DNA from: the human T2T-CHM13v2.0 reference genome, Homo sapiens
DNA length: 64,000 nt
Strand: one strand, 5' to 3'
Assembly: GCF_009914755.1 (NCBI RefSeq)
Contig: NC_060932.1
Positions 27,443 through 41,270 of the stretch are shown in pieces; positions within the stretch are counted from its first letter, which is position 1, and the number at the start of each line of letters is the position of its first letter. The notes under the pieces were generated by a model. The model was given only the letters and a program-made list of their open reading frames with translations. It made no database searches and had not been told where the DNA came from. The position numbers and the translations under genes are program-made.

Positions 27443-29089
27443 TCTCAATACCAATTGGAAGTATTTAGCCATAGAACTCTGGGTGATGAATGATTGCTTG
27501 CTGCATCATTCAGTGACAACAACTCGCCTAGCTTTGAAAATTATCTATTATTATGCTCTATTACCTGTAATCTAAACAGAGCTGTGATTTAGAGAGAGCC
27601 ATTTTTTACTGACTTTAGGCTCATTGCCTGCACACACAATAACTTTTTGTTTAAATGCTGCATTATAGTGTGGTATTTTTGAACCAATTTAAGGAACAAT
27701 TAGATTTGATTGAATTCAAATTTACATTAAAATTCAATCACGTGTGATGACATTAGTGAAAATAACTGTTGGGACAATTGCCTGGATCTAGGTATGGTTG
27801 AGTCAGACAGTAACAGCTACAGTGCTAGGGAGCAGAAATTTATACCTTTCCTTCCATAGCTGGCAAGTTTCAGCTGACATCAAATGTCAGTTGTATTCTT
27901 ATTCCAGAAACATTTAAATGAGAAAAAAAAATCATCTTAGAATTGGGCAAATCTGGTGTTTTGATTTTGCAACTTAACTCCTTGAGCTCTGAGCATCTCT
28001 TGTGCTCACATTAGATACCTCCACAGTAGGATACTGGCTCTCGGATGCTTCCATCACTTCCCTGTTACCTCAGTGCATGTTTCTGGATCTAGCAAGGCAG
28101 TTCGATTCATGCACTTGTCAAAAACATTGAGAATTTATTTTGCTGTGTTAGGCCTAATTCTTGCTCTTTTAAAACAAACACTTTGTTGAAAATCTAGGAT
28201 ACAAAGAGACTTATAGACCACTCAAAGTGGTCTATAACATAACAATGCCCCTGATTCTCTAATAAAAACAATAAGATACAACAACCAGAATTATCCACAC
28301 TAGTTTCAGCAATCTGCTTGTGAGATGTATTTTTCCATATTTCCAAGCAGGTCTACCACCTCTCTCCCTTATTTCATTAGATATAAATAGGATTTGGTTG
28401 AACTGGGTTTCTGCTTTAAAGGTATAAAATGTTCTGGATTTACTTCTAACTACTTCCTGCTCCCACCCCCCAACTACCCCTGCCAGTTCAAGATTCAAGG
28501 TAAATATAATTAGTAGCAATAATAGCTAATCATAACTCTATTGCCTTATTTGAGGCAAATTTAATAACTATCCTCCACCCACTCATCATTTACTAGCTAC
28601 ATTAAAGACCAAGATGGAACAATGTATGGACAAAGATTTCTCATAGGAATGCACAAGTATTGAATGTACAAGTATTGCAATATTTTAAAGTTTATTTTCT
28701 GAGAAAGATGAAGGTTGATACAATTAGAACTTGCTTGAAACAACAGTTATAGTTTGAAACCAATAGTCAACAGTCCCAATTTCTTATTTCTATCTTTTTC
28801 CCAAATGAGAGAAAAACAAACAATTACATGGTGATTGTAATTCAGCTTCAAGCCTTTAAAAGGAGACTCAATACAAAACCTACTGGCATTTTTTTAAGGA
28901 ATTAGAAACAGATGGAAAGCATGATTCTTCCTCTGGAGGGTTTGACATTCTTTCTGCAAAACAGATTGGAAAAAAGACAATAATTGCCTCTAAATCCACC
29001 CGTTGTAGGTATGCATCTCCTATTGGGCCTTCTAATTTGCTCTTCAGATGACTTTGCATACTGTCTGTGGTGAAGATCTTGGGTTTGCG

Positions 29090-29817
29090 GGGGGCAGACA
29101 GGCCTGATTTCAAATTCCTGGGTCATGACTGACTTGGGTGACTTTGGGGAAACTATTTAATCTCTCCATGCTTCAGTTTCCTCATACTAAAACAACAGGT
29201 ATACTTAAGCGTATCCATTCAGTTTTGTGAGGATTATGTCAGAAAATGTACTTAAGGTACTTAGCATGGTATTTGGCACGTACTAAAAGCTTGATAAATT
29301 ATACCACCCATGATTACTTGTATACGCTATTGATTATTAGCAACAGTTATAGTGAAAACTAGTAATAGTGATTAGGGGATACATAACTAACCACTCCCAA
29401 ACTTAGTGGCTTAAAGTAACAGCTATTTCTTCAGCTCGTGCTCCTGTGTGTTGACAATTTGGGCTGGTCTCAGCTGGGTGGTGCTTATGTGGCTTTTGGC
29501 TAGGCTGACTTTTGAATTCTTGTTTAGCTGGGTGACCAGCAGGGGCTGACTGATATATGGTGGCCTCATCTGGGATGATTAGGAGGATTGGCGCCTCTCT
29601 CTTCAAATAGAAAGTTTGGGCTTCTTCACCCTTTTTAAGTCTCTGCTCACATAATGTTTGTCACTGCCTCTTTGGTCAAAGCAAGTTACAAGGACAATGC
29701 AGACTCAGAGATGAGGAAAAAATTATCTCTTCGGGGGAGGTATCCCCAAATCAACTGCAAGAGTGTAGATATAGCCAGAGGTAAAAAAAATCTAAGCGAT
29801 TTTTCTAATCTACCACA
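29090..29817. mobile_element. MIR (~29090-29300) followed by an old MLT1 LTR (~29375-29817)
   Basis: MIR core 'tgactttgggaaactatttaatctctccatgcttcagtttcctca'; MLT1 'aaccactcccaaacttagtggcttaaag...aatctaccaca'. Confidence 0.65.
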
Positions 29818-30372
29818 AAGATCTCCTTTCAATACTTCAACTGACCTCTCTGTGTTGCTTGCCCTTTATGTTTTTCCCCTTCCTCCCTCCCTCTCTTCCT
29901 CCAATTCCCACACTTCCTCAAATATTTATTAAATAAAATATTTCATGTGCAGGAGATACAGCAATAAATAAGATTTGATACCAATTGTCATAAAAGTCTT
30001 GTAAAAAACTCACTGCCTAGCATGAGACCATATTTAGAAGATTTTTTTCTCTCCTTTCAGCAGCTCCCCTACACTCTGTGTTAAATGCTAAAGCTAGCTA
30101 ACATTTTAGTAAATAACAATGAGAGTTAATGCTTTCCTCTAATTGTTTAAAATGATAGTGTTTCTAAGGAAGGGTTTCCAGCTGTTTTGTCTGATTTAAT
30201 CAAGAACTCTTAACCTGATTATCTCAAGATTTTGCTCCACCCATTTGCAATTCTCTTTATAAAGCAGAGATGACTGAGACATTTGGCTCATGACATGATC
30301 GGGAGTGTCTGCCTTGCACAGTGTCCTAGTTGGCACCGAAAAGTTTGGGCAATGACCTTCTGGATTAGAGGC

Positions 30373-31081
30373 TGTTAAAGGGTAAGCTGGCTGGGTGTGG
30401 TGGCTCATGCCTGTAATCCTAGTACTTTGGGAGGCCGAGGCGGGCAGATCACCTGAGGTCAGGAGTTCGAAACCAGACTGACCAACATGCTGAAACCCGG
30501 TCTCTACTAAAAATACAAGATTAGCTGGGTGTGGTGGCACATGCCTGTAATCCCAGCTAATTGGGAGGCTGAGGCAGGATAATTGCTTAGACCCGGGAGA
30601 GGTTGCAGTGAGCCCAGATCATGCCATTGCACTCCAGCCTGGGCAACAAGAGCGAAACTCCATCTCAAAAAAAAAAAAAGAAGAAGAAGAAAATGTAAAC
30701 TGAGGCATAATAAAATTTTAAAGAGTTTATTTGCACAAATAGCGATGCATGAATCTTCGGAGGGAACACCAGGGGAAGGTTTCTATAGGATGGACATAGA
30801 AGTAAAGCAAATAAAATATTTGATTGATTATAATTATACAGTCCCCATACTTGGTTTATTCTGTTAGAAAGTCCCTAGTTATATAAATTTGTTGATAACT
30901 TCTGATTGGTTGAGCTTAAGTTCTGTTTTTTCTTGAATTTCAGCATTTACAAGAAATAGCTCAAGTTAAGTTTTACTTACATTTGCAAATCAAGCAAGGC
31001 TTAGTTCACTCACAAGGCCTAACTGGTTTTATCTGCTCAGGGGTTCTTTAGACCTGGTCTGCATCTTAATTTACTTTAGCA
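30373..31081. mobile_element. ERV1-class solo LTR interrupted near its start by an Alu
   Basis: TG...CA ends ('tgttaaag', 'ttactttagca'); body 'taaactgaggcataataaaattttaaagagtttattt'. Confidence 0.55.
30389..30690 (+). mobile_element. Alu (AluSq/Sp-like)
   Basis: Dimeric Alu with A/(GAA) tail. Confidence 0.95.
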
Positions 31082-32314
31082 AGACTTATCTTTTTTGTAT
31101 GTTTTCATAAGTGTTTCCAATTCCTTTGTGGGGAAAGCAGAATCCAAACTCAGGTTTTCTGTGTCTAAAGTCTGTGTTTTTTATGCCTCATAAGAACTGG
31201 AAAGCCTTAAGTTATGATTAATCAATGGTAAAATGAAATGGAATGAAATGAAAAAAAGGGCATATTATTGATATGTATTGTGAGAAAAAAACTAAGCAAT
31301 GAGAGCATCAGATTGCATCATTATGACTTTTTTGGAATAAGCTTTTAGGAGGAGTGAATCTATAGCCTTATTAATTATTTCCTATAAACTGTAAATTTGC
31401 TGGCAATTACCTTTGAAGCACTAAAATGCATGCTAATTAAAAGTGAATTCTCTCAGTGCAGGATTTAGAAATTGGAACAAATACTACACTAAACTGGAAA
31501 CAGAGCTATTTTGGACAATTTGAGCTAAAAGCCAATGCTCTAATAGGATATCAACAACGACCTTTCTAATATTATTTTGACCTCTTATTTTCTGAGAAGG
31601 AATAAAAGAAGGGACAAAGAACTTCTATTTTTAATGGCATGTATTCTGAAAATGTGCCAGAAAACATAAAAAAGAAAGTACTCTTCTATTTAAGTGCTAG
31701 TGAATGTCTTTCTTGATTTGAACTCAACATTGGCTTTTGAAGAGTTTAAACAAAATAAACAGGTACTATTAGTAATGATTAATATATAGGTAATGAGGTA
31801 ACAAATGTCCCAGTCCTGACCAGCCTATATGTATAAATAAGGACAAGTTAATGCCCACATTACCTTGGTTCTTTATCCCACCTGCACATGCAGGCCTCAG
31901 CAGCCCTCCTTAGGATCCACCACAGTTACTGGGAGTCCCCAATATCTGCTATGTACCGCAAGAAGCACTAGGGCCCTTCAGAGACAGGATGGAGGTATGC
32001 AAATTAGCTCTGGAACTTGAAAGAAACACCTTAAAGCCAACTTAGAAGTCTTGGAAGGTCTTTTTGTACTTAGTGATATTTGAAAATAATTTGTTTCTTT
32101 TTTAAAAAAATCAGTTGCAAAGACTGCAGCAATCACATTCCTTTTTCATTGTACACTGTCGTCTTTCTGTTCAAAGCCCTTTTTTTGCTAATTTTATTTC
32201 CCTATTCTCACTCCCTTTCCCTTCACCTCCTTATATATCATTGTTGAGATCCATGTTTTCTACGTGCATGTTTTTTAAAAAATGACATAAATAGTACTGT
32301 GCTATAAATATTGA

Positions 32315-32628
<314 letters not shown>

Positions 32629-33144
32629 AATTCTGCATTTTTAAGATCAAGCCATGTTGCTGATGTGCATCCACAGTACGTATGAATCCACCATGTTCTG
32701 CAAGTGACAAACGCCTAGGTGGCCTCCAACTCCGCATTGCCATGAACAACACGTCAATTAACCTTTTTATCCATCTTCCTTGTGGACCCTGGTGAGAAAT
32801 TTTCCAGGATATATTCCCAGAAGGATGATCTCCAGGTCATAGGGCATACTTAATTACACCAAACACTCACAAGGACTTTGGAAGTTAGCTAGAGCAGGGG
32901 ACAGAAAAGCCCATTCCAGCAGGGCAAAGAGCATGGGCAAAAGAATGGAAGAGTGCTACAGCAGAGTGGTTTCTGAGAACTGTGCACTCATTAGGACCAG
33001 GGGAAGCAAAGCGTAAGTTGCAATGTAGGGGAACTGAAGAGCTCTCAATGTCAGGCCTTGAAAGGCTTCCTGTGCTAAGCTAAGGGCTTTGAACTGTAGA
33101 CTGAACACTCTACTGAGCCATAGACAAGTGTTAGCAGGTGAGAG

Positions 33145-33545
33145 GTCATAGTCCATTTCCATTCCTATAAAGGAATACCTGAGGCTGGGTAATTTATAAA
33201 GAAAAGAACTTTATTTGGCCCACAGTTCTGCAGACTGTATAAGAAGCATGGTGCCAGTGTCTGCTTCTGGTGAGGGTTTCAGGGAGTTTCTACTCATGGT
33301 GGAAGGGGAAGGGAGGAGGCATCACATGGCATGAGAGAGGGAAAGGAGGTGCCAGACAATTTTTAGCAATCAGATACTGCAGGAACCAACAGAGAACTTA
33401 TTCATTACCTTAAGGAAGGCACCAAATTGTTCATAAGGGATCCACCCCCATCACCCAAACACCTTCCACCTAGGCCCCACCTCCAATGTGGGGGATCAAA
33501 TTTCAATATGAGATTTGGAGGGAACAAATATCCAAACCATATCAG
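33145..33545. mobile_element. MST/THE1-family solo LTR (MSTA-like)
   Basis: 'ctataaaggaatacctgaggctgggtaatttataaagaaaaga...gagatttggagggaacaaatatccaaaccatatca'. Confidence 0.85.
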
Positions 33546-33907
33546 AGGTATCATTAGATTTGCATGTTAGAAAGGGCACTCTGCCTGCCCTGCACCCTGA
33601 CAAAAGCATCACCTCAAATACCAAGCTCAAACACTAAAGTGGCTCAAATGCCAAGGCAGTGTGTCTTCTCTTAAAGGGATCTGGTGACTCGTCTCCATGT
33701 CTACCACACATAGTGTCCAGGACAAGAGCTGGGCAGTGTGGGCACCAAGAGAGATGGCTAAATCCTCGTTCCTGTCAGCCCAGACTGGGCTCCAAGAGAG
33801 GAGCACTGACACAGAGGGGATAGAAAGGGGAAGGGTGTTTGCAAAAGGGGATACACCAAGAGGGGTAAGACCAAGTACCAAAGATGACGGCAGACTCTCT
33901 GCTCTCA

Positions 33908-34222
<315 letters not shown>

Positions 34223-35632
34223 TCAAAAAGGAAGCGGGGGCTGGCTGTGGTGGATACACCGGCAGAACTCGGATCCAGAGGATAGGTTAGGGAAAGAGTA
34301 TGGTAACATTGCTACCAATGTGCACAAACTAGGGAAAAAAAAAAAACCACGTAGGTACTGTATATATAATCAAAACATTATGACACTATTTTTCCTGACA
34401 TTCAGCTGTCCTTCCTCAGAATCTTTGGCTGCTGATTTTTATTTCTGGCAACAATACAAAACCAAAAGACCAAGAGGATTAAAAACAGAAAGAAATGAAA
34501 AACAAACAAACAAAAAAACAACCAGTATGTGCAGGACAATTTCAGGGCCTTTGGGATCTGCATCTTTTTCAAGGTAATGTAAGCAGAGATGTCTGCCTTT
34601 TGGAGTCATGTCTTCCCTTGGCTCCTGGGGCACTGTATCCTGTGGATCTCGTCTCTCTGTGCCTTCACTGCCTCCACATCTTCCCTAAAAGGGCTCTCTT
34701 TGACACCCAGCTTCAGCTCCTGTCCCGGGACCAAAGATTTCCAAATCTCCCACCCTGAGGTCCCTCAGCCCACCTTCATCCTGGCTTGCCCAGCTGCCTT
34801 CAGATTCATTCACTCGGATGTCTCCCTCTGATACCACCTCAAGCTCAATATGTCAAGGAGAAACTCACACCTTTCTTCACACCCCTTCCCTAAAACAGCA
34901 TTTCTTCCTGACTGGTCTACTGCTCTCCAGCACCACCACTTTCCTTGTTCCAACCTTGGAGTTACATAACTAACAGATGCCTCTCTATTGCTCCCAAGTC
35001 AGCAGCCAACAAATCCAGGGATTCTTTTCCAAAGTAAGATTCAGTTCTTTCTTTTTCCACAGCCACCACCAAGACTGAGCACCTAACACTCTCTCCTGTA
35101 TTGGGGCCTTCCGATTTGGCTGCCTACCTCCACAGTTTCTCTGCCACACCATTCCCCCTGCAAGGCCCTGCTTCTGATAATTTAATGTTACTGTTATGCT
35201 TTTTGTAAAAATCACAGAACAGTTTCTTAAAAGACAAATTCCAAGGTTGAATGTAAAGTTGTTTATCAGTTTTATTTACCTGTTTTTGTTTTCATACTCT
35301 TGAATAAAATCCTTTATTTATATATTGAATTAATATACTCTGGCCCCCACCTGTGTGCCAGCCAAGGATACATAAACATGAACAGAATATGGCTTTTGCC
35401 ATTTTCTGAAAAGCAAATAGGCCCATGGTAAAACACAAGCACTCATGACAGTTTATTTAGGATGCAGTGAGAAAAGTGCTGTAGCAGAGAGGAATCAAGA
35501 TAATGCCAAAGTCTTAGGGAGAAAACTGGAAGCATGAAAGATTTTATAGGTGATAAAATATGCAACAGGGCATTAAAACATGAATAAGCACTAGGTAGTT
35601 TGGTCTTTACTGTTAGCAAGGGACAGTCTCTC

Positions 35633-35944
<312 letters not shown>

Positions 35945-37152
35945 GGACAGTCTCTTTTATAGGTACAGTACACACTCTCCTCTCCCCAGCTGCCATGACT
36001 CACTCTAAATTACCCTTCATCCTCTCCCCAGCCTCTTTTAGGACTCCCCTAGGCTTTGCTAATTCAAATTCTGCTTTCTTCCAAGTCCACCTCAAGCCAA
36101 GACTAATTTCTCCTCAGCGCTTCCTAGCTCTGATCTTCATGTTCTTCATCTTCTCCTCCCAGTACTGCACAATATCATTTCTTAATCAGAAGGTTAGCCC
36201 TACTTTTTAGGACAAAGGTTCTCAGTATTATCATTGTATTTAAATCATCTGTATATGTGTTCGTAGATTTGGCTCAGCACCTAGGAATCTGCTTTTCAAC
36301 AAGTCCCCAGGGGATCCAAGCACAAAAGGATCCTGGACCACTTTGACCCACTTTGAGGAAGGCTGTGTTAAACCTCTGCGGTTGGCTTTTATATCTCCAT
36401 ATGGGCTGTCCGCAGCCCACGGCGCCTAGCATAGTGTAGGTGCGTTGCTCAGCTCTCTGGCTCCCGGTGTCTGCTCAGCTTGGTGACTATTAGATACCTC
36501 AATTATTAATGACACCCAGAGTCAAGAAGAGTAGCTCAGCCAAGTGCACAGAGCTGCCCTCTCCAGAGGAGACTAACTCCTGAGGGATAAGGTCGCTCTG
36601 AAAGTCACAAGAGCAAAAGGAAATTACATTTTCTGCCCTCTCAAAAAATGAGCAGCCATCACCCCAAATGACCTTAGTGCATCTCAAATAAACCATGCTT
36701 TCAGAGTATGCAAAACGCACTGCAAGTTAAACCGATTGCAAAAGAAAAAGCCCACAGGTACTCCGTGCGCTCAAAGCCATCATCCTCACAAACGTAAAGT
36801 GATGCACTCCAAATAGAGATCAAGGAAAACGAATGCCACGCAGGTCACCAGGCTTGGAAAATAGAAGGCACCCGAAGTTGTTCTACGTGGCTGTCCCCAG
36901 CCACCCATTCCACCCGCTCGACAAGGGATCCTGGGCCGAGCCCGGCCATCCGCGGGGGCGGGGCCGGGACGGCGGCGGCGCGCTGACGTAACGGGCGTGG
37001 GTCGTCCGTCGCGCCGCCCGGCGAGGAGTGGGCTGGCGGCGGTAGCTGTCGCCCGCTTGGTTGCGTGACCGCGGGGTCCGCGTCCGCTCCCTCCACCCTT
37101 CGCCCTTCGCCCTTCGCCTCGTTCCGGCCTCCGCGGCCCAGCAACGGCCGTC

Positions 37153-37188
37153 ATGGTGCCGTCGGCGCTCCCTGCGCGGCCCCGCTGA
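37153..37188 (+). other. Upstream ORF (MVPSALPARPR*) in the EFR3A 5' UTR
   Basis: gtcATGg strong Kozak context; TGA at 37186-37188; out of frame with the main ATG. Confidence 0.75.
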
Positions 37189-37223
37189 GCCTCGGTGCGG
37201 CGGCGAGCGCGGTCGAGATCGCC

Positions 37224-37233
37224 ATGCCTACCC
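37224..37233 (+). CDS. EFR3A: EFR3A first coding exon (M-P-T plus first base of R, phase 1); plasma-membrane scaffold of the PI4KA complex; remaining exons outside the window
   Basis: gccATGCCTACCC|GTGAGT inside a CpG island; MPTR matches the recalled EFR3A N-terminus (MPTRVCCCC); identification rests on only 10 coding nt plus context. Confidence 0.82.
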
Positions 37234-37419
37234 GTGAGTGGCCGGCCGAGGGCCGGGGGCGTTGGGAGGCGACTGCCTGCGCGACGCGCTTGGGCCGGGT
37301 ACTCCTCCCGGGCGGCTGGGGAGGCTGGGCCGCGCTGAGCAGAGCCAGGAAGTGTCTGCGAGCGGCGGAGTTAGTTTCGTTTCGGCTTAGCCTTCCGGAG
37401 ATGGCGTGAGCCCGTTGCA

Positions 37420-37550
37420 CGGATCGGGAAACTGAGGCCCGAACGTTAAGGGAACTGCGGGGACGCGCTGTTAGGAGGCGGCAGAGCTGGTGGTAACCTG
37501 ACCCGTGGGATTTCAAAGTTAAAGCCCTTTTCCCACGGCCACACGGCTTC
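37420..37550. mobile_element. MIR relic inside the CpG island
   Basis: 'gggaaactgaggcccgaacgttaagggaactg...ggcggcagagctgg...ttcaaagttaaagccctttt'. Confidence 0.6.
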
Positions 37551-37779
37551 GTGGGACTTTATGGAAATATTGAAAATAACTGCGGTACCATTGTCAGTCC
37601 CTTCTCACCTCGGGCCGGACGTCGCTAGTGGACGCGCCGGCCCCGAGTCCCTTCCCGCGGCCGCCAGACAGACCCCCGACAGCCTAACTCGGCGTCCGTA
37701 TCGCCGTCGGGGCGGCTGAAGTCGGAGCTTTCTGTGGAGCTTGTTAGGCAGAGGCACCTCGACTGTGGCTTTTGGACCA

Positions 37780-37932
37780 CACTTCGGATTCACCCGGGCA
37801 GATGATTAAAAATGCCGGTTTCGGGACCCGCCCTATTCCCATGGAATTAGTCTGGAGCTTGGGCCCCGGAGTCTGCATGTCTAATAAGCGTCCCTGGGGT
37901 TACCAAGGCACCCCAAAGTTTAAAAGTCACTC
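37780..37932. mobile_element. MER5-like hAT relic at the island edge
   Basis: 'ttaaaaatgccggtttcgggacccgccc...gggccccggagtctgcatgtctaataagcgtccc...aaagtttaaaagtcact'. Confidence 0.6.
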
Positions 37933-40664
37933 GGTGTTGGAGGATTTTTAGACAGACGCGATACTACAAGTACTGCTAATGACCTATTTTAAAATGACCC
38001 AGATAATCGCAGTGTGACTTTATAGCCACTGGTCAATGTGGATATGTGCAAACTAGGGAAGCTCCTGATCTTGGGTAGAGAGGAAGCAACTTTGTCATTG
38101 ATTTGAGAATTCAAGTAGGACTCCTTTGACTAAGTGTTCAATACTATAGAATCTTTACACACTTGTGAATATATTTCCTAGAATTCATAACTACTTCTAG
38201 TTGTCCTTGTTTTGTAGCCATCTGGGACGCTGAATTTCCAGGTCAGTCTCCAATGCACGTTTCGTCTAGTGGTGGGAAAAGATGAGTTATTTCTTGATAT
38301 TATAAAGATTGATATTTTCCTGATATTTAAGGATATTAAATTTAAATTGATATTAAAGATATTTAAATATCTTTTTGAGATTTAAAGATTTTCCTGTGGC
38401 AAATCTTTACATAGTCCTGATGTAGAGATTACTTTTAACTCCTCATACATGTGTGGGTACTGTGGATTTTGTTTTCTTCACACACTACTGTGTGTCCTTA
38501 ACTCACGTTCTTGGACTTCGCATCCAGTAAATATGTCCAGTTTAAATTTCTGTTTTATTCCTTTTGGCTGGAGGAATATCATTTACAATCATCTTCATTG
38601 TTATTGCCAGTTTAGTACTTCTAAATTCATGTTCACGTTATTCAGTGAATATCTGAGACTAGCACTATGCTAATCTTTTATTTTCTGAGAAACCAAAGGG
38701 GAGGAGGTAAGCACCTATTGAAAGTTGAGGCTTCAAGTAGAATTTATTGGTAACATGCCAGAATTATCCTGTGAAATAAAATTTTTAGTTATGTTCTAGG
38801 GTTATCTAGCTTCACAGAGTGGATATAGTAAACTCGTTTCTTTTCAAATGTTGAGTTCATTCTGCAAAATGATTTTAGGATGGGCCATGGTGGAGTTTAC
38901 ATAGTTAAGAATGCAGATTTCACACCCTGACTGGAAGACAAGTGAAATGTTTGTTTTATCTGTCATTGTTAATATTTGTCATGGTACATTTTTTATGACT
39001 GAATAAAAATGTGCTGTGGATTGATTGGGGGTACCAGTGTGAGGTGAATAGTGTTCATATTTGCCTTTTCTCTCCTTTGGCAGTCACAGCTGCCGAAATT
39101 GCTGGGATAGTGCAGTGGACAACAATATTTCTTTGAAATTCTGTTTGTAGAATATATATCCAACACAGAGATGGCAAAATTGTTATTCTCTGTAGGAATT
39201 TAGGAGGAAGTTCACAGCTCTTAGGAGGAAAACTGTGCTCAGATAAGCTAAGTGTTTTTGTTTGATTGGTTGTTTTAATGTTAAATGGTTGAGAGGCTTA
39301 GTGATAAGCCCAAGCCAGTTAATCCGTACGAGTTTTAATTAAAATCAAAGGGTTGGAGGTGATCACTGTGGTCTCTCAGACTCTACAATTCCGAGAGCAA
39401 CCCTTGCTGTAAGTCATAGAATTATTCTACTCTTGCTATTTTGTTGCTTATTTGGAATATTGGTACTCATTGAAACTGTTGTTAATAACTAGAATCCAGT
39501 GAAGCATGCAGTAACCCCACTGGTTAAGCAATGATATATCTCATGAATATTAACAGCCACTTCACTAGAATTATTTTGGAGATCCGTAGACTCTTTGAGA
39601 AAGCAACCACCTGGAAGGATGCCTGACAGGAAACTGCCAGGACACAGAAACAATTTTGTGGTCGTGTTACAAGCCTGTAGTCTGAAACAATCCTTAGGCA
39701 CAGATTTCAAGACTATGCTGCTGAATGCTGTTGCAAACCTGTAAACCTATAATTTGACACATCATTTTTCTAGAGGCCTTTATTTCATTCTCCATTCAAA
39801 GGACCATTAAGAAGCGTTTTATTTGAAAGATTTTCAAACTCTGAATCGGAGTTTGAGTTGGAACGACTGTTAAAGCTTCTTCATCATTTTATGTTGTGTA
39901 TCGGGAAGCTGAGCCTTCTGAGAGTTTCCATGGAGTAAAACCATGACTTGAACACAGAACTGGCCCCTATAATCAGTAACCACAGTGAGCATAGTAACAT
40001 TAATTTTTCTCTAGCACTAAATTGATAATAGTTTAGCCTTTTTTTCCCCTTGAGTTACATTAAGACAAATGTAAGCTTGGTCAAAAATTTAAATCGTTCT
40101 GTGAACTTACAAGAATGCATTTGCTTCCATCCTGTCACAGAAATCTTTGGAAAAGCTGTGGATATCACTGGTGTGCTAAGTAGATTCTTGTTTATATAGA
40201 CACAAACTTAAACTTTTAGTAAACTCCTTATGTGAAAATGGCTCCTGAGTTCACAGATAACTTGCCTCAAAACAGGTCCGGTAAAATGTGCTCTTTTATT
40301 TTATATGAAAAGTTATTCTATATTTTCTAGGGAAAACCAAAACTCTCAAATATTGTTTGCTGTTAAACTATACTTTGAGTAATTATGTGTGTTGAATGCT
40401 TTCTTTTCTCATTTAGGTACTGACGTTGAGGTCTAGGCAAATTTCTTAGGCTGTAATAATAATATGGTTACTCCATGTTTGTTTTTCTTTTGATGAGGCT
40501 AATTACATTTAACTTATTTTTTAATTTATTTTTATGAAAGAAATGCAGAATGAATTATAAAAGAGGGTTGCTGATTGAAGTGTTTTCCTTTTAGAGACAC
40601 ATTACATGCAAACTTGACCTACACTTTCATATTACTGGATTATTAGCCTTTTGTGTTCATTCAT

Positions 40665-40775
40665 ATTCTCATTCTTTCTCTCCCCTTTTCCCCTCTTCCC
40701 CCCTTTCCTCATTGTCCCTTTGCTTCCTTCTCCCCTCCCCTCCCATCTCCCTCCTTCCTCCCTTCTTCTACCCAC
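40665..40775 (+). repeat. CT-rich low-complexity tract
   Basis: About 110 bp almost entirely of pyrimidines. Confidence 0.85.
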
Positions 40776-40966
40776 CACCTATGTGTCCTGCCAGAGTTGT
40801 AGCTGATGAATTTTCTTTTTTGCAGTGACCTTTGGCTTGACACTGCCCTGTTTGCTGCCCAGATCTCATCTTTCAGTCTGTCCCCACTTGTGGGGACATG
40901 GGGCTACATTAATGATTATGTAGGTGGTAGGAGATAATGCTGGAGAAAGAGAAAGCCAGAATTTGA

Positions 40967-41270
<304 letters not shown>

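Larger units (their letters stand above)
37000..37233 (+). other. EFR3A: EFR3A exon 1 (5' UTR plus first 10 coding nt); TSS approximate
   Basis: Lies between the promoter motifs and the donor CCC|GTGAGT at 37233/37234. Confidence 0.8.
36820..37850 (+). promoter_or_regulatory. EFR3A: CpG-island promoter of EFR3A
   Basis: Very high GC and CpG density; GC box GGGGCGGGGC at 36955-36964; CRE/ATF-like TGACGTAA at 36984-36991; GT box GGGCGTGG at 36993-37000; no TATA box; ETS motif CAGGAAGTG at 37346-37354. Confidence 0.9.

Noticed and set aside
37234-37409. Continuation of the 114-aa track ORF beyond MPT
   Set aside because: It reads through a canonical GTGAGT donor into intron 1
36786-37793. Minus-strand ORFs in the CpG island as a divergent coding gene
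   Set aside because: Low-complexity Arg/Gly/Ala translations are expected from GC-rich, stop-poor DNA; divergent noncoding transcription cannot be judged from sequence
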